A stretch of DNA of 63,945 bases, the filler included, from Piptocephalis cylindrospora (taxonomy: Eukaryota), in assembly GCA_003614145.1 (NCBI GenBank). It is 3 parts of 3 records of this genome, joined end to end, with 100 filler letters (N's around TTAATTAATTAA, not from the genome) between each part and the next. Parts side by side here need not be neighbours in the genome. Positions count along the whole stretch, not along the records: positions 22,682 to 45,255 come from KZ987799.1; positions 45,356 to 63,945 come from KZ987833.1; 1 more part is not named here. One strand, written 5' to 3'. Of the stretch, positions 35,009 through 46,379 are shown in pieces; the first letter of the stretch is position 1, and each line of letters begins with the position of its first letter. A program made the position numbers and the translations under genes. Below the pieces are notes generated by a model that did no database searches, was not told where the DNA came from, and worked only from the letters and a program-made list of their open reading frames with translations.

Positions 35009-36574
35009 ATGCACGCTTTGAACACTTTCTCCCTCTTGTGGGCCCTTCTCCTCTTCTGCAACTTTACATCTTCTTATGCCGCTCCAAGCCATCCCCCACC
35101 TCAGGCAGAGTTAGCCAAGGTCAGGTATCCCCTACTTTATCAATTGGCAACAAAACCCAAAGTGAGCCATGTTTGCCCACCCGCTCCACGGCTTAGGCCA
35201 GTGGTAGTTACTGTTACGGGTGATATCCCGTACGATTGTCTCCACGACCCCTCATTGCTTAATCAAGCAACCCAGCGTCATAAGAGCCAATCCTCCCAGC
35301 CTGGCCATTCAAAATATTCTCATCCCTCAAAGGTTAATGGTCATCCCCGATCTCCTACATCAGGAAGCGATGACCATCGACGACTCACTCGTCGTAGCGT
35401 TTATCTACCTACTGATGATCGCACCCATTCTTTCGAGACCCTCATTAAAGAAGAGGGCTCGGATAGCGGCCGTAGTGTTGTGTCTACTGGTCATCTTTTA
35501 GTGAAAAAAGTACCCGATGTTACTCTAAAAAAACTCCCCCCCACCCCGGCAAAAGACACAACTAAGAACACTTCCCTCCGTACTGCAACTCCATCCACGA
35601 CAAAATCTTCAGAAACGAGGGCCTTACTTCTTCCCAAGGATATGAAGGAATTTTATCGGCTCAGCGCCTTGGCACATAAGCCTATTAAGGCCTCCATGGT
35701 CCAATCTTCCAAGGAAATCAAAGGCCACGCTTCCTCTACGGACGAAAATTATCTAAAGTGGAAAGATGTGACGAGTAGGATCCTGGATGAGTTCAATAGC
35801 GACCTAAATCACCTACCCAAACTTTTACACACGATGCTCAGTCATCCTCTGTGGACGCTAACACGCGTTGACGGGGTAAAGTATCAGAACGCATTTGATG
35901 CCTACACCAGCCATCTGAAAAGGGCGCAAGATCGTCTGGGTAAGTCCATTCCAGGGCTTTATTTCTATGCATCCGCTCGGTGGCTATTGCAGAAGCAAGT
36001 TAATGAGCGGAAAATGGATGAACAGATGCAGAAGATGGTTAGGGAGGTGATCATAGATCTCGACAAGACTCCTCTCTCCCAACCTCCATCCCTCTTTCTT
36101 GGAAAAGCGATCCTTCCAAGTAAGCAATGGAGACTGGATACGACATCTCGTCTCGCTCTTCAGATCCCTCGCCTCTACCATGATTTTGGAATGGTCAAGG
36201 TTCTCCTTGGTCTTTATCAGATATGTGTGACCCCCCCTCTGCTCCGAGAGCGGAAGGCTCTCCTTCCTAAGGAGATCGACGTGACTTTGGGACATTTTCA
36301 AATCCTTGCTCTCCCCCCCTTAAGCCCTCCATCCCGATATATTTCCCACACAGAGCAGGAAGGATGGGAGCGGAGAAAGATCAAGAAGGTTCAAGAGGCC
36401 CTAAAGGCTTTTCTGAGCCATCCCAAGGACACCGACATTTACTCCGTCCTAGAGGGCTTGGCTGATGATTTGAGCGCCATTCGGGATCATGTCAATAGAG
36501 ACGTAAGCATCTTCCTCGAGGACCTTCGGGGGGCTTATAATGACCTCGGGAGGATTTATACGGGTCAGCAGTAA
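35009..36574 (+). CDS. Secreted orphan protein, paralogue B (521 aa)
   Basis: Signal peptide MHALNTFSLLWALLLFCNFTSSYA-AP; C-terminal ~300 aa align by eye with paralogue A; TATAAA at 34751. Confidence 0.85.
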   Translation: MHALNTFSLLWALLLFCNFTSSYAAPSHPPPQAELAKVRYPLLYQLATKPKVSHVCPPAPRLRPVVVTVTGDIPYDCLHDPSLLNQATQRHKSQSSQPGHSKYSHPSKVNGHPRSPTSGSDDHRRLTRRSVYLPTDDRTHSFETLIKEEGSDSGRSVVSTGHLLVKKVPDVTLKKLPPTPAKDTTKNTSLRTATPSTTKSSETRALLLPKDMKEFYRLSALAHKPIKASMVQSSKEIKGHASSTDENYLKWKDVTSRILDEFNSDLNHLPKLLHTMLSHPLWTLTRVDGVKYQNAFDAYTSHLKRAQDRLGKSIPGLYFYASARWLLQKQVNERKMDEQMQKMVREVIIDLDKTPLSQPPSLFLGKAILPSKQWRLDTTSRLALQIPRLYHDFGMVKVLLGLYQICVTPPLLRERKALLPKEIDVTLGHFQILALPPLSPPSRYISHTEQEGWERRKIKKVQEALKAFLSHPKDTDIYSVLEGLADDLSAIRDHVNRDVSIFLEDLRGAYNDLGRIYTGQQ

Positions 36575-38142
36575 GCCCCCTAGTATCGGTCTAGCTCGAT
36601 GCTCATCGTGATTGACTGGCAACGTGGAGAGATTCTTCTAGAGCAATGAATGCCACCTTCCTCTTTTTCATTTGCTTCAACCGTGTGCTACAAGAGGGGC
36701 CAACGGTACACACCCGGTCTGACAATGAAAGCGTTCCGGATCATTTCTACTTGTAGAATATACAAAGATGTAAACTCAGCCTCAGTATACTCGCCTTTCA
36801 AATAGGGTTCGAAAGATATAATATTAACAACCTTGAAAGCAATGGCCTTGATTGATGCAGTATGCTCCCATTAAGCAGAAAAAGTAATCGTAAGGGCTTA
36901 AATGCCTTTAATACCTGTAAAGCCACGGTTCTAATGAATTCTGGATTACGTTTAATACTACATAAGCAACTTGAAGAAGACCGAAGATTCACATTTTGTC
37001 ATACCTTCAATTTTCCCCAAGTATATGCTGCACAAGCACATTATATCAGTGTGGATTGATATCACTAAAAGAGCCCTCCTCAGTCGCATCGATCAGAGTA
37101 ATTTTTATTTTATTGTCGTCATCCCGAGTAAAGATGTGAAATGAAAACGGCCTTGTGCGTCGCGGGCCTGTACTTTTGACATCTACCGTATCCTTCTCGG
37201 TACTTTGCTTCCTGAAGGGAGTAAGAAGGGGGTGGGGGGAAAGGACCGATTAGCCTTGTTCTGTGTTGCATCCTTTCGTCTAATGCTGGTAAGGCTGCTA
37301 CTCGTCCTCGTCCCCTCTCCCTCTGCTAGTGTTCTCTTGTAGTATATATCCGATCCCAAGCACAGATATCATAACATTCATCTCGACCGGAGTTAACCTT
37401 GGGCCACTCACAGAGTTGCATCCCTTGGCCCATCAAATGCTCACACTACTGCACGTTTAGGGACAGATGGTGCCAGGAAAGCTCCCAAGACACAGGGTGT
37501 CTTGAGGCTCCGCTGCTCCCTCTCCTCCCTCCTCTCCCTCTTCTGACCTCCTGACTGTCGGCCACCTGGGGTGGCGGAGATGATAATAATTCCCATGGCC
37601 TTCGCCTACGTCGTAAGGACGCGCATTTTTAAGCCAGCTCCCACTCCAAGAACCCCATTTACCACTTGATAAATTGGTAGGGGAGAGGCAGCTGATACCT
37701 TGACCCCCTTCCAGCACCAGCATGTATACATTTAGGAAGGAGACTCTGTTCCATCGGATGATACCTTCATCCCGCTCCCCCGCCCCTTTTTATCTGCCGC
37801 CGGGTATTCGATGAGACAGCGTCAGATAGTCCACCTTCATGGGACCGAAATGCCCAACTGAGGAGGAAGGACTATGCACCCGTTTCCCAGACCTTTTCCT
37901 CTCAACTGCCTCCCTCTGTCAAGTATATTAGCTGGACTTTATCCTCAAGATCCTTCGGACCCTAGATTCCTTTATCCCATCTCACCTCACTTCGACTCAC
38001 CTTATCCCACCCCATTCTACCTTACCATCTCCCTGTTCCTTTCCTCTCCTGACCTATACCTTAACTACCAGTCTACCCTAAACCATCCCCCTACGCGCTC
38101 CCATCACTCTTTAATAATACCATTGGAGCCAAATTCTTACCA

Positions 38143-38832
38143 ATGCACTTCTCTACCACCCTTCTTTCCCTAGCCCTGGCCATCATGGCGCCGATGAGCA
38201 GTCATGGAGTCTCTGTTACTCAATGGTCCCGTGGGGAATTTGGAGACACCTGGGGCGTACGGGGTTGGATGGTTAATGGTAAATCAGCCTGCTACCCCGG
38301 AAATGTGATCAGTATGAGGGGCCACGACACCGGATACGTGACCTACTGTCGGGACTGCACGACCTCCAAGGTCTCGGATCTCGAGGTCATTGGCGGGCAC
38401 TGGGCCACCCAGGATACGAGCGATCCTCCCCAATGGACCGTAGTGTCCGGGGGAAGCGCGTACCCAGGGAAAGTGGGGTTCCTGAACAAGGCGACTAAGC
38501 GGTTCCTCGGTCGGTGTACCAGCGCGTCGTGCCGATCAGCGGCCAATGACACCAAGCTTCAGCCGGTCGTGGTGTATGAAAAGGCACTGTCGGCCAATAA
38601 TGTCTGGGAGTGCGTGTCCCTCCAAGTGAACACCACGATCAATGATGCAGGCGTCACCTTTGCTCTTTTGGGCGGGGACGGTATCTATCTGGCCCACTCG
38701 GACCAGGACGTGGTGCCCGCGACCGATAAGTCTGGGTACCAATTGGGCCTTCTCAATGCCAACGAGAACGCCACCGCCATCGATTCCCGTATTGCCTTTA
38801 CCCCTAAGATCATCAGTGATGTGAATGAATGA
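38143..38832 (+). CDS. Secreted protein, probable fascin-like beta-trefoil (229 aa)
   Basis: Signal peptide MHFSTTLLSLALAIMAPMSSHG and three ~50-aa repeats (ISMRGHDTGYVTYC, VGFLNKATKRFLGRC, FALLGGDGIYLAHS). Confidence 0.7.
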   Translation: MHFSTTLLSLALAIMAPMSSHGVSVTQWSRGEFGDTWGVRGWMVNGKSACYPGNVISMRGHDTGYVTYCRDCTTSKVSDLEVIGGHWATQDTSDPPQWTVVSGGSAYPGKVGFLNKATKRFLGRCTSASCRSAANDTKLQPVVVYEKALSANNVWECVSLQVNTTINDAGVTFALLGGDGIYLAHSDQDVVPATDKSGYQLGLLNANENATAIDSRIAFTPKIISDVNE

Positions 38833-39266
38833 TCCCGGGACCACAAGGATGATCGGGGATGCGAATGGATGATCCGGTGGCCACTGACATCATTTTTCTC
38901 TTGTCGTCTTTCCGCGAAGAGCGATGTCCGCTGTAGCTCTTGAGAATAAACCTGGTTCTCTCCAACCACACTGTATTACTATCCATTTTAGAAAGAGAAG
39001 AGAGTGAGAGGATGGTGAGCGAGAGATGGGCAAGCAGAATGGCCTTCGTTATCATACAATACTCTAAACATGCCTTACACTAGCATAGGCTTGACTCCAT
39101 TACCCTGGCCTTGAAGATCTCCAGTACGTTGACCACAGAGTTGGATGTGGCAAATGGTAGGCAACAACAATAGGGCTCACTTGAGGTAGTCTCTTGCCAG
39201 GATCCCAACTCGATACTCTTCTTTCTTCAACCTGTCCTTCTTTCATACGTACCCTTCCTTAGGACA

Positions 39267-40586
39267 ATGCTCCACTTTCCTGGCGCTTTTCGCCTTTCGG
39301 TCACAGCAGTTAGCACGACCGAGGCGACCTTGTCGTGGGATCCCCGTGATGTGGAGACTTTCACTGCTCTCTCTGCGCCCTCTCCCCCGAATGGACGGGG
39401 AGGCAAGGCTCCAGAGAGAGCAGTCTTGGTGGATGGGAAGGCTTGGCCCCATACGACATGGAGAAATGGCTCCTCTCCCCAGGGAAGAGGAAAGGGGGAA
39501 GAGACACGGTCGATGGTCAACTTTGCCAGACTGAACCCAGGTACGAATTACTCGGTGATCTTGCAGATTGGATCCTTCCAGAGTGTAGGGGTATCAATAC
39601 GTACGATGCAGCCCGATACGCCCCCCTCTGTCCCCATTTCCAGTAGCCTCGCTGGCCCAGTCAGATCGGGTCGACAGGCCCCAAAAATGCGGTCGGCTGG
39701 GGTGCAAACCGAAGGATCGGACGAGGAAGTGATGTCAGCCTTACTGGATCCCACGGGAAAGAAGGTGGATAGAGTCAAGGAACGAGTGTTAACTAGTATC
39801 CGGGACATTGAAACCCTTGAACTAGCCTTGGAACGAGAAAAGACCGAAGGGATCCGGGAGTTGGCGCAACTGCAGACGGAGGTGGAGGGGCTCCGAGAGG
39901 CCAGTCAAAAGGTGGATAACCGCAGCGCACGACGAACCGAAGACAGGATCACGGCGTTGCATGGACAGGTGAAGGCTCTTACCACCCGTCGACAAGTGCA
40001 GGAGAGGGAGATGAGACGGTTACGGGAGGAAAGACTTCGATTGGAACGGAAGGAAGCAGAGTTACGGGCTCAGGTGGAGAGGCTGAAGGCGCAAGCCAAG
40101 GCCAAGGAGGCGGCCGAGACGGAGAGACGGGCCCGGGTGAAAGCAGTACGGCAGCGCGAGGCCGATCGGATCGAGGAGGAGCGAGAGGAGGCAGAAAAGC
40201 GGCTGGAGGCCCTCTCCCATGAGGTCTCTGTGCTTGCTAAGGCTCTGGATGAAGGGAAATTCCAGGAGAAAATCGTGGAGCTGGAGGATAGGCGATCCAA
40301 GGCATACGAGCGGCGGGATGAGATCCAAAGGGAGAGGGCAGAGCTCTCTGCCTCTATTCAACCACGGACCGAGGAAGAGATGGCCGAGGCTATCCGACTT
40401 TTGGAGCGACGGGTGGATGAGAAGCGGCGTTTTGCCGAAGGGGAGATAGCCTTTGTGGAGCGGTTATGGGAGGAGGTTCAGAAGGCGGATGGGGGATTAA
40501 TGGACGGCGAGAGGCCCATGGATGATGAGAAGTCTATGGAGGGTGAGGAGTCCATGGAGGATGGAGGAAAAGATGAGGCAAGGTGA
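39267..40586 (+). CDS. Fibronectin type III-like domain plus long coiled coil; an upstream exon is possible
   Basis: LSVTAVSTTEATLSWD..LNPGTNYSV FN3 pattern followed by E/R/K-rich heptads. An acceptor-like CCTTAG lies just before the ATG. Confidence 0.7.
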   Translation: MLHFPGAFRLSVTAVSTTEATLSWDPRDVETFTALSAPSPPNGRGGKAPERAVLVDGKAWPHTTWRNGSSPQGRGKGEETRSMVNFARLNPGTNYSVILQIGSFQSVGVSIRTMQPDTPPSVPISSSLAGPVRSGRQAPKMRSAGVQTEGSDEEVMSALLDPTGKKVDRVKERVLTSIRDIETLELALEREKTEGIRELAQLQTEVEGLREASQKVDNRSARRTEDRITALHGQVKALTTRRQVQEREMRRLREERLRLERKEAELRAQVERLKAQAKAKEAAETERRARVKAVRQREADRIEEEREEAEKRLEALSHEVSVLAKALDEGKFQEKIVELEDRRSKAYERRDEIQRERAELSASIQPRTEEEMAEAIRLLERRVDEKRRFAEGEIAFVERLWEEVQKADGGLMDGERPMDDEKSMEGEESMEDGGKDEAR

Positions 40587-40940
40587 GGAGGGAGGTTCAT
40601 TTTATAGAGGCGCATCGCCCCTTGAGTGGCCGAGGCGCGCACATGGATCAGGGGCGTGTGTAGGCTGAATGTATGCAACGTGTATAAGCTTTCTTTAAAT
40701 CTCGTCCGACGCGACGCGTCTCCATACGAAGATGGATGGTGGTGATGTGGTTGCTCTGCACTTGAGCAGCGGTGAATACACCTCAACAAGTACAAAAAGG
40801 TGTGGGGGGAGAAGGATCCGCCCCACGCCCATAGATCCTGAGGCTCTTTCCTTCCCCCGCCTCCCTCCACCCATCTCAGCCACCCTCTAATGCTCCCAGA
40901 AAAAAGGAAAGGGAGATATGGAAACAAAGATCAAGGTACA

Positions 40941-41446
40941 TTAGCGCTGGGTGTCGCGAACATTGACAATTTCCATGAGAGAGTCGGCCAAATTATCATC
41001 GTCAGTGGACTGGATCAGACTGGGAACCAAGGCCTTGGCCTCATCCGTATGCTTGCAGCATAGATTGAGCAGCTGCGCCCTCTCAAACTCACTGATCCCC
41101 AGGCCCTGCATGGAGAGTTTTGCACCGTGGATGGCGTTTTCGTTCTTAAAGATGGCAAACTTTTCAGTGTGGTTGAGGGTCTTGAGGAAGACCTCGGTCA
41201 GAGGTTCACCCTTGGAGGCTTTGCTATCTCTCTCCCTGTTGAGTAGTTCACGAAGCTCCGAGACTGAGAGACACGGGGCCGTTTGGAAATCTAGAGTAAA
41301 AGGACAGTGAGAAGGGAGAGGGTCCAGGGACAAAGCTCCTCCGTCTCCATACCTTCTCCTAGGCTCAGAGTACTGGCATCGGGATCATCCTTGGCTGGGC
41401 CAGCGCGCCTCTTTGGGGGGTTGATGGGGTTGGAGAAGGCGGACAT
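40941..41446 (-). CDS. RPB4: RNA polymerase II subunit Rpb4; exons 41446-41353, 41290-40941 (147 aa)
   Basis: DASTLSLGE-DFQTAPCLSVSE, VFLKTLNH..F, FERAQLLNLC..DEAKALVPSL. Confidence 0.92.
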
Positions 41447-41682
41447 GTCAGGGAAAGGAGATGGGAAGAGGGACGCTTGGAAGGAAGGACTCTGTAGAGA
41501 TGCTGATGATTAGCAACAAGGGCACAAAGGCAATGTGAGTGTGACTCTAGCAACAGGTCCGAACCCTATGGACGACCTGGGTTACTCCTTGGTGTCCGAG
41601 TGTGGTTCATATGGGATTGTATCGCAGCAAGAGGGGGTGGCAGCACAGCCTTGGAACTCTTACAATACGTCTTTTTGGGACC

Positions 41683-41759
41683 ACTACTGCTACTACTGCT
41701 GCTGCTACTACTGCTGCTGCTACTATTGCTATTACTGCTATTACTGCTACTACTACTAC
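41683..41759. repeat. Compound CTA/CTG/TTA trinucleotide microsatellite
   Basis: About 25 imperfect triplet units. Confidence 0.9.
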
Positions 41760-43762
41760 GATTCTCTCCTCACGATTCATCTGTTCATTTTCTTGAAAGA
41801 TGTCTCCCTTTCAGGGCTTATCCTACATCTTTCTCGAGGTTCAAATCGGCTGTATCATCATCCCTTGCAATCGGGGAGGAGGGGGCAAGGCATCACGCAT
41901 TTCCCCCTTTCCTCACCCCATCCACCTAGGTCATCATCTACAAGGTAGGGTTGTGATTCATGTGTGCACAGATGCATCAAGCGAGTTGATGAAGGAATGT
42001 GCGACACATTCCAGGATCCTCTTGCCTCGCCCATGAGGTCATGGTCTTTCTAGCGGGTTACGTGTGCCCACACTCTCCTGCTCCCATCCTCTCCTTAGCT
42101 CATGGGATCATCTTCATTACTCAGATCCACGAGGACGGCTTTGTACATGGACGGCGGGGAGTTGAATGTCATCCTCGGGGGCTGGCCATAGCTGCTCCAG
42201 CTTATCGCTGACGTAGAGTCCAATGAGACCCGTGGTAAATCCGACTGATTGATGAGGGAGGAGAGGATGAGCATAAGGATAGTCAAGTTGTCCGTTGGGT
42301 CACGGGCCATGTTCAGGATAAGCACCCCGTCCCTCCCACTCACCCAGCCCAAGGGTCAGTCGAAAGCGCGGGGTCATACTGGTGTAGGACTGCCAAAGAG
42401 TCTTGTTGGACATGTCAAGGTAAGTGGGGAGGATGAGACAGCACCCGAGCTCTTGCAACGGATGAGGATGAGGATGAGGAGGGAGAGGAGGGCTGAATGG
42501 GCTGAACGATCTTTCGGATCGTGGCCGTGGTCATGGTCAAGCCCACACACACACATTCTCTCTCCCTAGTCGACCTGACCATTGTACCCTTGGTTGTAGG
42601 ACATAATTAACGCACACACTCCTGCCTCTGACCTGGTCAGAAACTTGACCACGTCTATCTATAAGCTTTCTACCCTGCCCCCATTCCACAGCATAGGGAA
42701 AGCACACGGTCATGGTGGGTAGTGCTACTTGATGTGTGACCCCACTGCCACCTTTCCCCTATTTTTTCCTGCATCTTGCCGAGCATTGCTTTCTCAATCC
42801 CTTGACCACCTCCTCACTGGTCGTATCAGCAACAACTAGAGTAGCTGCAGTAGTAGCATGACCAAGCTACCCATGTCATTGACCCCCCACACACACGCAC
42901 ACACACATGCACACACATGCACATGTAAAGATAACACAGCTCCCCACCCAAAAAAAAAAGTCTGCAAACCTGCCCCTTTTTTTCGTTTTTCATCAATTCA
43001 ATCTCCGTCCGACGTCTACCCGCCCAGCAGCCCTGTCCCAATATAGCTATAGCTAGTCGTTTCAAAGAGGAGACGGTGTGGCGGAGGGGCCAAAGTCCCT
43101 CTAGCATCCCGACTACGACGGCTCATCAGGTCTTACCTCACCCCACTGAATGGCCATTCCTCCCTCCCCCGTAAACGGTCAACGCATGTGCGTATGTCTG
43201 GGCCTGTCATGAGTGCTGTCCTTAAGCCGGGGACTCAACAACACACCCACTGCTGGGAGAGGGACGGAGTGAATGAGAAGGAGCCCTTGACAGCCCCTAC
43301 CTTTTTCATCACCACCATCCACCTCCGCCATTTCCCTACCCCCCCGGTCTCCCTTCCCTCTTGACCATCCCCCGTCGGTATCCATCGTCGTCCCCCCCCC
43401 CGTCTCATCTTTGACTTTTTGCTACCTTCCCCTGCTTCTCTCTACTCACGTCCCTTTACTGCGTTTACCCCCCCCATCCCTGGACCCACGCACACACCCT
43501 TACGCTTCCTAGTCCTTACTTTACGACTCACCTGACGTTACGCTTGGCCCGTTCCTTGATCTCGGCCCCTTGACCTTATTTAAACCCTCTTGACTGGTGG
43601 TCCGTTCCCCCATTGATCCTTGTCCCACCTCACCCTTCATATTGCCCTGGCCCATCCTTCCTCGTCATTCTCGCCCACAGTTCACCCACCTTCCTCCTCT
43701 CCACCTACCCAGCCCCCCAGTCGTCCTTCCATACCCGCATATACACACACACAACACCTACC

Positions 43763-44275
43763 ATGCAGCTCTCCACCCTTCTCGTCACCCTCCTGAGTGC
43801 CTCCGTCGCCACGGCAAAAACCATCACCGTCCCCTTCAACGCCGGCACCGGTGAATGTGCCCCTAGCCCTTCGACCCGCGTGTCCTTCAACCTCACCATC
43901 ACGTCCCCTGGCCCCGTGGCCGCCATCTCCGGGGCCTATGTCGTCGATCCTGAGGTGTACAACAACCTCACCCGCACTCTGCCTCTGGGCTCCTCCTTCC
44001 CCCCCTTCCCCTTCCTCTCCTCCTTCTCCTGCGAGGGCTCCCCCACCGTTCGGGAGTGCCATGTGAACAAGGGCGCTTCGGTCCTCTTCTCCCAGGAACC
44101 CGTGAAAAAGTGCCTTCTCCTCCTCCCGGCTCCCAATGCCGTTCAGAATGTCACCGTGGACTATGATGCTCAGTGGGCCACCACCACTGCCGCCTCCTCC
44201 GCCCCCTCCACCCTGCCCTCCACCCTCCTTCCCCTGGCCCTATCTGCAGGCCTTGTTTTCGCACTCAACCACTAA
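43763..44275 (+). CDS. Small putative GPI-anchored cell-surface protein (170 aa)
   Basis: Signal peptide MQLSTLLVTLLSASVATA, 4 Cys, a Thr/Ser linker, an SSA omega-like site and a hydrophobic C-terminus. TATTTAAA lies upstream and codons are strongly C-ending. Confidence 0.8.
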   Translation: MQLSTLLVTLLSASVATAKTITVPFNAGTGECAPSPSTRVSFNLTITSPGPVAAISGAYVVDPEVYNNLTRTLPLGSSFPPFPFLSSFSCEGSPTVRECHVNKGASVLFSQEPVKKCLLLLPAPNAVQNVTVDYDAQWATTTAASSAPSTLPSTLLPLALSAGLVFALNH

Positions 44276-44593
44276 ACCGATCCCCTAAACTTCAGTACCA
44301 TCCATCCCCTTCATTGGAATGACCCAGTGTCCACCATGACCCCTCGCGTACTTTTCCCTCCCTCCTTGTTGTCTGTGAGTGACGATGACAATCCTTTCCC
44401 CACTCCCAATACATAGTTCTCTCTCTCCCTCTCTCTCTATGATGACTTTATCAAAACTTGTCAAGGCCATCGCCTTCTATCGATCCTCATCAGCCCTTGA
44501 ATTAAAAAAGAAAAGAAAGATATACCATGTATACGTCCTTACACGCCCCATTCACTGCCACATGGAGCAGCCAATCCTCTACCCTCCCCTTCA

Positions 44594-45255
44594 TCATGCA
44601 CTTCCCTTGACACGTTCGGCTCGGGAAAGCGTAAAGAGAATTCGAACCTCCTCAAGACTCTTTCCCTTGGTCTCGGGCATCCATCGATACACGGCCAAAA
44701 GGCCCAGGAAGGAGATGGCCCCGTAAAGCCAAAAGGTCCCGGCTGCCGTGATGAGTCGAGTAAGGGAAAGAAAGGTGATGCTAACCACTAGGTTTCCCGT
44801 CCAATTAACCCCAGTGGCCACTCCGGCCGCCCGACCTCGGATACTCCCGTCAAACATCTCACTCTGCACCAGCCAGGGCACATGCCCCAGCCCCAGGGCA
44901 TAGCTGGCGACGTATAAAACCAACACAGACAGGGTCACCCACCCCCCCCGACTGGCCCATGCCCCGGAGCACATGTTCGTCAGGTCAGTGGGGATGGGGG
45001 AGGATGGAGTCGAGGTGGATCCCAAGGCAGGGTTGGCCCAGCACGATCCTCCCCTCAGGGCATCCCCTCCACCCCCGGGGGAAAAGAGACATCGGTCATC
45101 CCCGACACACGCTCCACACATCGCCCCATATCCGGCACAAGTCTCTTGGTACGGGGTCAGCCCGTGCATCAAGGCAAAGGATGCTCCAAGGAGGACGAGG
45201 GAAAGGGCCATGGCGCTCACCGTCCACAGGAGGATCCGGCGACGCCCAAGCCCAT
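44594..45255 (-). CDS. MFS sugar-porter, myo-inositol transporter (HMIT/INT-like); C-terminal part only, cut by the contig end
   Basis: GRRRILL, YALGLGHVPWLVQSEMF..IRGRA..TGVNW, PETKGKSLEEV. Confidence 0.9.
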
Positions 45256-45355
45256 NNNNNNNNNNNNNNNNNNNNNNNNNNNNNNNNNNNNNNNNNNNNT
45301 TAATTAATTAANNNNNNNNNNNNNNNNNNNNNNNNNNNNNNNNNNNNNNNNNNNN
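45256..45355. other. Artificial contig-joining spacer
   Basis: N44-TTAATTAATTAA-N44. Confidence 0.97.
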
Positions 45356-45675
45356 TTTCCATCTTGCATAGTAAACCCATCCAGCATACGCTAATCATTT
45401 CCAATCCCTAGAGGCGATCCTACATCATGACAAAAGTCGAATGTCACTTGGGCGCTTTCCTCAGATATACATCCAAGGAGACAATGAACATGTTGGTAAT
45501 AAAACCCAGCTTGCTACTATTCAACCATCACAGCACGCGTGAAATAACCTAATCACCGTTTCCTTTGCCCTATCTTTCCCCTCATACAGGGAAATCGTTC
45601 TTTCTGACCTGGTAAAGCTGAACTACCACTAAACCTTCAAGCAGGTCTACCTTGACCTCTCAGGACCCTTTGAGC

Positions 45676-46345
45676 TCACAGGTACTTCTTCTGTGTCTTT
45701 TGGGTCCGCATCCTCGCCATCGTCCAGATGGCATAAACGGCTAGTTGGCCTCCCATCAGCATGAAGAGCCAGTAGAGGGTGGAAGAGCCGTGCTGAGCCT
45801 GGCTCTTGTCCAGAGCATTTCGGGTCTCAAGATGCAGGGACTCTTGGTTAATCTATCGGTTAGACCCATCAAGGAATGATTGTAAGAGGTGAGAATAAGA
45901 GAATACGTCCAGGTACCAACCTGTTCCACCTTTCCCCCCCAAAAGAAAAATACATACATTGCTATAGTCCAGCTTACGATCGAGGCTAGAGACAAAGTCG
46001 TGCAGCCTTTGAACCTCACCGGCTAAGTCGAGGTGATCGACCTTTTGAATGCTTGTGGAGAGGGAAAGGACTGTGTCCTGTAGGGAGCGGATGCTTGCCT
46101 CCAAGGCTGTTTGGTCACTTCGCATCACCGTGTTCTTGCCTCCTGAGGAGGAGGAGGAGGCGGCGGGAGCAGACCTGATCTTGGAAAGCTCATTGATCTT
46201 ATCAAGGATCTCACGTTGCTGAGCCTTAATAGACTTGAGAGAATTTTCCAGACGAGCTCCGCGAGAAGATGACTTTTTCTTCTTTTCGCCCTCTTCTACC
46301 TTTTTGTTTACCTTTTCCACGGTCTATGGGCCGGTGAATTTGTAC

Positions 46346-46379
<34 letters not shown>

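Noticed and set aside
41535..41948. Cys/Tyr-rich, poly-Leu and poly-Thr/Ala ORFs
   Set aside because: All are translations of one trinucleotide microsatellite.
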